Assembly: GCA_043765155.1 (NCBI GenBank)
Contig: JAYUJP010000053.1
Coordinates: 14,116-78,115 of the forward strand
DNA from: a bacterium
GTDB taxonomy: Bacteria; Patescibacteriota; Minisyncoccia; Phycocordibacterales; UBA5272
Length of the DNA stretch: 64,000 bases
Direction of reading: 5' to 3'
This document shows positions 59,645-64,000 of this stretch, one piece after another. Position numbers and translations under genes: made by a program. The notes below the pieces were generated by a model. The model was not told where the DNA came from, made no database searches, and saw nothing but the letters and a program-made list of their open reading frames with translations. Positions within the stretch are counted from its first letter, which is position 1. Each line of letters begins with the position of its first letter.

Positions 59645-61987
59645 TTACTTAAACTTTATATTTGTCTTTGGAGTTGTAGTCGGCTGTGAAGCTTTTAAAA
59701 GAGCCTCATATATATCTTTTGCCTGCTTATAAGTAACATCACCCTCATAAGCTTTTTTGACTACAGCCAAAGCCTCTGCCTCTTTACCATTTGAAGCCAA
59801 GGCATTAGCGTATTCAAATGCTATAAGCTGCTTTGTGGGCGATATATTATAGGCTATTTCAAGATATTTTAGAGATCCGGCATTATCACCTATCTGCCTT
59901 AAATAAGATCCAAAGAATGAAGCGTTTCTAGCTGTAGGTTCAGAGTCTACCATTTTTTGAAAATTAGTTTTAGCAAAGCTTGTAAAATCATTTATTGCGA
60001 CTTTTGACTCAGCCGCTTCAACAGCTGGTAACTTGGTCAAATCTATTTGAGATAACACTACGCTCTTTTGCAGCATTTGCTCCATAACCTCTCCGCTACC
60101 AAAAGTATTTCTATTATAAGCAGACGCAAAGCTAATATAAGACTCTGTGGTTGACGCAGCCAAAGTGTTATATGAGGTTGGAAACTTTTGAAACCCTTTT
60201 ATAATATCTAGATTAGTCATAAGCGGTCTTATCACTGTAAAAGTAAATAGCGCTAAAGCTAAAGCAGAAGCAACAATTATACTCGCGATTATAATATTTT
60301 GGGATACTGCTTTTACTTTTTTGTCTATTTTACTTATGTCACTAGCGATAACACTTTGCGTATCTCTTGTCCTTGACGCCACATAAGCAAGTAGTGCTAT
60401 AAATATAATATAAGATATAAGATTATCAAATACAAATACATTGTGTATAAAGTAAGCAACCAGCGCTCCTGTTATTATAGATTTTTCTATAAGATGTATA
60501 TTGTTTTTACCCTTGCCTATCCACATCATGTATATTGGAGTAAGATATAGAGCAAGATATGCTAATAATCCTAGCACTCCGCCGGCTACAAGCCAGTCCA
60601 TAAACACATTATGGGCACGATCAAACCAAGCCTCCTGTGCGTACATACGTGGATCAAAATTACCAGAAAATACCTTTGAGTAATTATCCTGACCGTATCC
60701 GATCAAAACAGTTTTAGGCGACTCGCTTACACCCTCTATACTCATCTTAGCATTAAGAATACGAGACACGATGGTCGCCTCTCCAAATGTCTGTACCAAC
60801 TCTTCATAGTTACCACTTTTAAGTGTCTCACTCGCTGCTGATAGTGACGGTATCTTGATAGTTGCTACACGATTAAGAACTACAGAGTTTTTTACAAATT
60901 GCATGTCTTTTACAAAAATAAAAGCTATAACAAGAGATGCTATGAGTCCGAGTCCAAACATAGAAATCTTTGCTAATTTTTTGTATTTCTTTCTACCAAA
61001 AATAACTATACATACCATAGTCACAAATGCTCCGCCTATAAGTCCAAAATAAGAACCTCTGGTCTGAGTGTAAGCAAGCAGTACAATATTAAGAGCCGCA
61101 AATATGGCTAGAGGCCAGCTACCCATCTCGCCATTTGCAAGCTTTGAGACAAAACTTTTAGCTGCAAATATTAGAGCTACTATACCTACTAACCACATAG
61201 TTGAACCGATTGAAGAGAGGGTCTGAGCAAGACTAGTGTTAGCTGCTTGCAAGTTATTAGCAAAAAGATTAAACATTCCTTGTGATAAGACAAGCATGGT
61301 TGAGATCACAATCCAGAATACAGACATATAATTCTGAGTACCCTTCCACTTGTTATTTTTAAAGGCAATTAAGCTCGCTATAAAAACAAAAAATAGTGCA
61401 TATATACCATAATAGGCAGCATTACCGAGTGTCGAGTCCAGGCGTAGCCCATTACCCATATGAGTAGGATAAGCAGAGTTGATAACAGCCGTCACCTTGT
61501 CTCCCAAAAAGTTAGTTAAGAAAAATCCTCTTTGACCAAAAAGTTGAAATACAGCCTCGACAGATACTGCAATAGCAGAAGCTGTGAACCAGCCAAACAT
61601 AGCGGACCAGTCCTTCTCAGTCTTATATACAGAATACAAAATAGTAAAGTATAAAAATAGATGTAGATGTGTGAACCATCCCTCCATACGCTCATAATTA
61701 CCAAAGAATGAGAAGTAAAGATTAGCTCCAAATATATTAGCTATACACAGTATTACCAAGAAAAAAGTATATGAGAAAAATACTAGCGACTTTTTAGGTC
61801 TATAATTACTGTCGACAAACGCTAATATAATCCAAGCAACTAATGATATCTCAACCAAGAATCTAAACGCGAATCCTTTACCAGTTATAAATGGGAAAAA
61901 GCTAGATTCAGACACATACCAAGCAAGGGCTGGTATAATCGCGAGTGATGCGTATATTATGCTTTTTAAAAATTTTTCTAATGTCAT
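59645..61987 (-). CDS. O-antigen ligase/polymerase-like (Wzy_C) polytopic membrane protein with C-terminal TPR repeats
   Basis: About 12 TM helices with a large loop, followed by TPR-like AYNISPTKQLIAFEYANALASNGKEAEAL repeats. Confidence 0.55.
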   Translation of the reverse strand: MTLEKFLKSIIYASLAIIPALAWYVSESSFFPFITGKGFAFRFLVEISLVAWIILAFVDSNYRPKKSLVFFSYTFFLVILCIANIFGANLYFSFFGNYERMEGWFTHLHLFLYFTILYSVYKTEKDWSAMFGWFTASAIAVSVEAVFQLFGQRGFFLTNFLGDKVTAVINSAYPTHMGNGLRLDSTLGNAAYYGIYALFFVFIASLIAFKNNKWKGTQNYMSVFWIVISTMLVLSQGMFNLFANNLQAANTSLAQTLSSIGSTMWLVGIVALIFAAKSFVSKLANGEMGSWPLAIFAALNIVLLAYTQTRGSYFGLIGGAFVTMVCIVIFGRKKYKKLAKISMFGLGLIASLVIAFIFVKDMQFVKNSVVLNRVATIKIPSLSAASETLKSGNYEELVQTFGEATIVSRILNAKMSIEGVSESPKTVLIGYGQDNYSKVFSGNFDPRMYAQEAWFDRAHNVFMDWLVAGGVLGLLAYLALYLTPIYMMWIGKGKNNIHLIEKSIITGALVAYFIHNVFVFDNLISYIIFIALLAYVASRTRDTQSVIASDISKIDKKVKAVSQNIIIASIIVASALALALFTFTVIRPLMTNLDIIKGFQKFPTSYNTLAASTTESYISFASAYNRNTFGSGEVMEQMLQKSVVLSQIDLTKLPAVEAAESKVAINDFTSFAKTNFQKMVDSEPTARNASFFGSYLRQIGDNAGSLKYLEIAYNISPTKQLIAFEYANALASNGKEAEALAVVKKAYEGDVTYKQAKDIYEALLKASQPTTTPKTNIKFK

Positions 61988-62111
61988 GTTTTTATTATTT
62001 TTTTATTAATTTATTTCTATACTTTTATATATAAATAATATTATAACATAAAAAATGTTTTAGTTTTATATGGACAAAATATAGTATATGTTACTTTGTA
62101 TTAAAAATAAG

Positions 62112-62152
62112 AAAAAAATACCAACAGAAAAGCGCGGCCTTCGGCTGCGCTC
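62112..62152 (-). terminator. Rho-independent terminator after fusA
   Basis: Bulged GC hairpin (AGCGCAGCC-GAAG-GCCGCGCT) followed by TTTTCTGTTGGTATTTTTTT on the minus strand. Confidence 0.5.
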
Positions 62153-62187
62153 TTGTGTTGGTATTTTTACTTTTTAAATCTTAAGAA

Positions 62188-64000
62188 TTACTTTCTACTC
62201 TCTTGTATTTCCTTTGCTATATTAGCTGGTACTGCCTCATATCTTCCAAATTCCATTGTAAAGCTAGCACGTCCCTCGGTCATAGATCTTAATGATGTAG
62301 CGTATCCGAACATTTCTGATAGTGGTACCATAGCTTTTACAACTTTGTCCATACCACGCTCGTCCATGCCTTCTATTTGGCCACGCTTTGATGATAAGTT
62401 ACCAGTCACGTCTCCGTAGAATTTATCTGGAGTAACTACCTCTACCTTCATCACCGGCTCTAGTATTGTAGGCTTGGCTCTACTTACCGCTTCCTTGAGG
62501 GCCATACCTGCTGCTAACTTGAATGCGATTTCTGATGAGTCCACCTCGTGGAATGACCCATCATATAGCTCACAAGCAACATCCACCATTTTGAATCCGG
62601 CTATAACACCGCGGTCCATAGTTTCTTTTAGACCCTTTTCGACTGCTGGTACATATTCTAGTGGTACTGATCCACCTTTTGTTGCATTTGTAAATTGAAA
62701 ATGATCATAACGCTTGGTATTTTTTGGGAGATCTTCGTCAAGTACGCTATAGTCGATCTGCTTGATTCTAATACGAACATGCCCGTATTGACCGCGACCT
62801 CCTGACTGCTTGACGTATTTACCCTCTGCTTCTGACTCACCTTGTATAGTTTCTCTGAATGCAACCTGGGGTTTACCTGTTGTACATTCTACGTTGAACT
62901 CTCTTTTCATACGATCCACGATAATATCAAGATGTAGTTCACCCATACCTGAAATAATAGTCTCATTGGTCTCTGGGTCAGACATAACTCTAAATGTTGG
63001 ATCTTCTTGGGCTAGTCTACCTAGAGCGATACCCATTTTCTCCTGATCAGGCTTGGTCTTTGGCTCGACACGCATTGAGATAACTGACTCAGGTATAACT
63101 ATACGCTCGAGTATAATAGGATTCTTCTCATCACATAATGAGTCTGATGTTGTTGTATCCTTCATACCTACTATTGCGGCTATTTCACCGGCATAAACCT
63201 CTTTAACCTCTTGGCGATCATTAGCATGCATACGCACTATACGTCCGATACGCTCTGTCTTATTTTTGGTAGCATTATATGCATATGATCCTGCTGTCAT
63301 AACTCCTGAGTATACACGTATGTATGTTAGCGTACCCACAAATGGATCTGACTGTATTTTAAAAGCAAGAGCTGATAGCGGCGCTGCATCTGACACCTCA
63401 CGAGTAATCTCTTCGCCTGTATTTGGATCTATACCTTTTGGTGCTGGTATATCTAATGGTGATGGCAGGTACTCACATACTGCGTCTAGTACTAGCTGCA
63501 CTCCTTTATTTTTAAGAGCTGATCCACAAAATACTGGGAAGAATCTTGACTCTATAACAGCCTTACGCACTGCCTGCTTTAGTTCTTGTACGCCAAATTC
63601 TTTTCCTTCTAAAAATTGGGTCATCATGTCCTCATCAGTCTCAACTATACGCTCTATCATAGCTGCGCGTCTTGTCTTTGCTTCTTCTAGGTATTCAGCT
63701 GGTACGTCTACATATCCTACGTCTTTACCCTTATCACCTTCAAAAGTTACCATTTTCATCATCATTAGGTCTATGATACCTGAAAAATTTTCCTCAGATC
63801 CGATAGGCATTTGCATCTGCGCAGCATTTTTAGAAAGTCTATCAAGTATAGATTTGTATGACTTGTCATATGATCCACCCATACGGTCTAGCTTGTTAAC
63901 AAAACAAATACGAGGCACATTACCCTCACTAGCATATCTCCAGTTAGTCTCAGACTGTGGCTCTACTCCCGCTACCGAGTCGAATACTACCACGGCGCCG
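62188..64000 (-). CDS. fusA: Elongation factor G (partial; N-terminus beyond window end)
   Basis: Domains II-V of EF-G. Continuous ORF to the window edge; upstream G-domain sequence is visible (...VVFDSVAGVEPQSETNWRYA). Confidence 0.9.
   Translation of the reverse strand, partial: GAVVVFDSVAGVEPQSETNWRYASEGNVPRICFVNKLDRMGGSYDKSYKSILDRLSKNAAQMQMPIGSEENFSGIIDLMMMKMVTFEGDKGKDVGYVDVPAEYLEEAKTRRAAMIERIVETDEDMMTQFLEGKEFGVQELKQAVRKAVIESRFFPVFCGSALKNKGVQLVLDAVCEYLPSPLDIPAPKGIDPNTGEEITREVSDAAPLSALAFKIQSDPFVGTLTYIRVYSGVMTAGSYAYNATKNKTERIGRIVRMHANDRQEVKEVYAGEIAAIVGMKDTTTSDSLCDEKNPIILERIVIPESVISMRVEPKTKPDQEKMGIALGRLAQEDPTFRVMSDPETNETIISGMGELHLDIIVDRMKREFNVECTTGKPQVAFRETIQGESEAEGKYVKQSGGRGQYGHVRIRIKQIDYSVLDEDLPKNTKRYDHFQFTNATKGGSVPLEYVPAVEKGLKETMDRGVIAGFKMVDVACELYDGSFHEVDSSEIAFKLAAGMALKEAVSRAKPTILEPVMKVEVVTPDKFYGDVTGNLSSKRGQIEGMDERGMDKVVKAMVPLSEMFGYATSLRSMTEGRASFTMEFGRYEAVPANIAKEIQESRK

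Overview
This is a low-GC (about one-third GC), gene-dense bacterial window that looks like a reduced genome of the Patescibacteria/CPR type. The evidence is the divergent 16S sequence, very short intergenic regions, N/K/I-rich proteins, and extended -10 promoters (TGnTATAAT) sitting only a few nucleotides before start codons, so many mRNAs appear leaderless.

Recognisable housekeeping genes:
- dnaE, the rpoB-rpoC pair, topA, dprA, a NifS/IscS-type cysteine desulfurase, bcp, malic enzyme, mnmA, xth, recO, lepB, hisS
- an rpsU-ybeY-ftsA-ftsZ block, trxB, ftsH, an orphan dnaJ, and the 3' part of fusA running off the window end
- one 16S rRNA gene on the minus strand with no linked 23S, and three tRNAs (Ser-GCU, Glu-UUC, Val-GAC)

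Accessory and unusual content:
1. A 760-aa RloC/PrrC-family anticodon nuclease (Rad50-like ATPase head, coiled coil with a CxxC zinc hook, C-terminal R-x3-E...H triad) sits alone in a 2.4-kb slot between tRNA-Glu(UUC) and tRNA-Val(GAC).
2. A metal-homeostasis neighbourhood spans about 27-40 kb. It holds a Fur-family regulator, two tandem COG0523 G3E GTPases, an ArsP-like permease, a CooC/MinD-type ATPase, His-rich membrane proteins, a VIT1 transporter and a ZIP transporter fused to a DUF3298 domain.
3. A CsoR copper module (CsoR, a TRASH-like membrane protein, a Met-rich DUF305 protein) has a palindromic operator inside its promoter.
4. Several genes have elevated GC and a canonical AAGGAG(G) Shine-Dalgarno, while native genes lack one. 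These are the NDT-like gene, the ArsP-like permease, two genes at 34.5-36 kb, and three small genes at 4.7-5.8 kb.
5. The 16S 3' tail reads GGAUUAAUUCC rather than GGAUCACCUCC, so CCUCC is missing.
6. The three small genes at 4.7-5.8 kb are separated by a duplicated ~125-bp terminator-promoter cassette.
7. A 35-nt element is shared by the 5' regions of rpoC and recO.
8. Two all-GC, perfectly palindromic, in-frame segments lie inside the cysteine desulfurase and malic enzyme genes; a third, in the VIT1 gene, is codon-driven (see rejected).
9. A solo YafQ-like toxin is preceded by a 38-codon mini-ORF.

No CRISPR array, transposase or integrase was seen.
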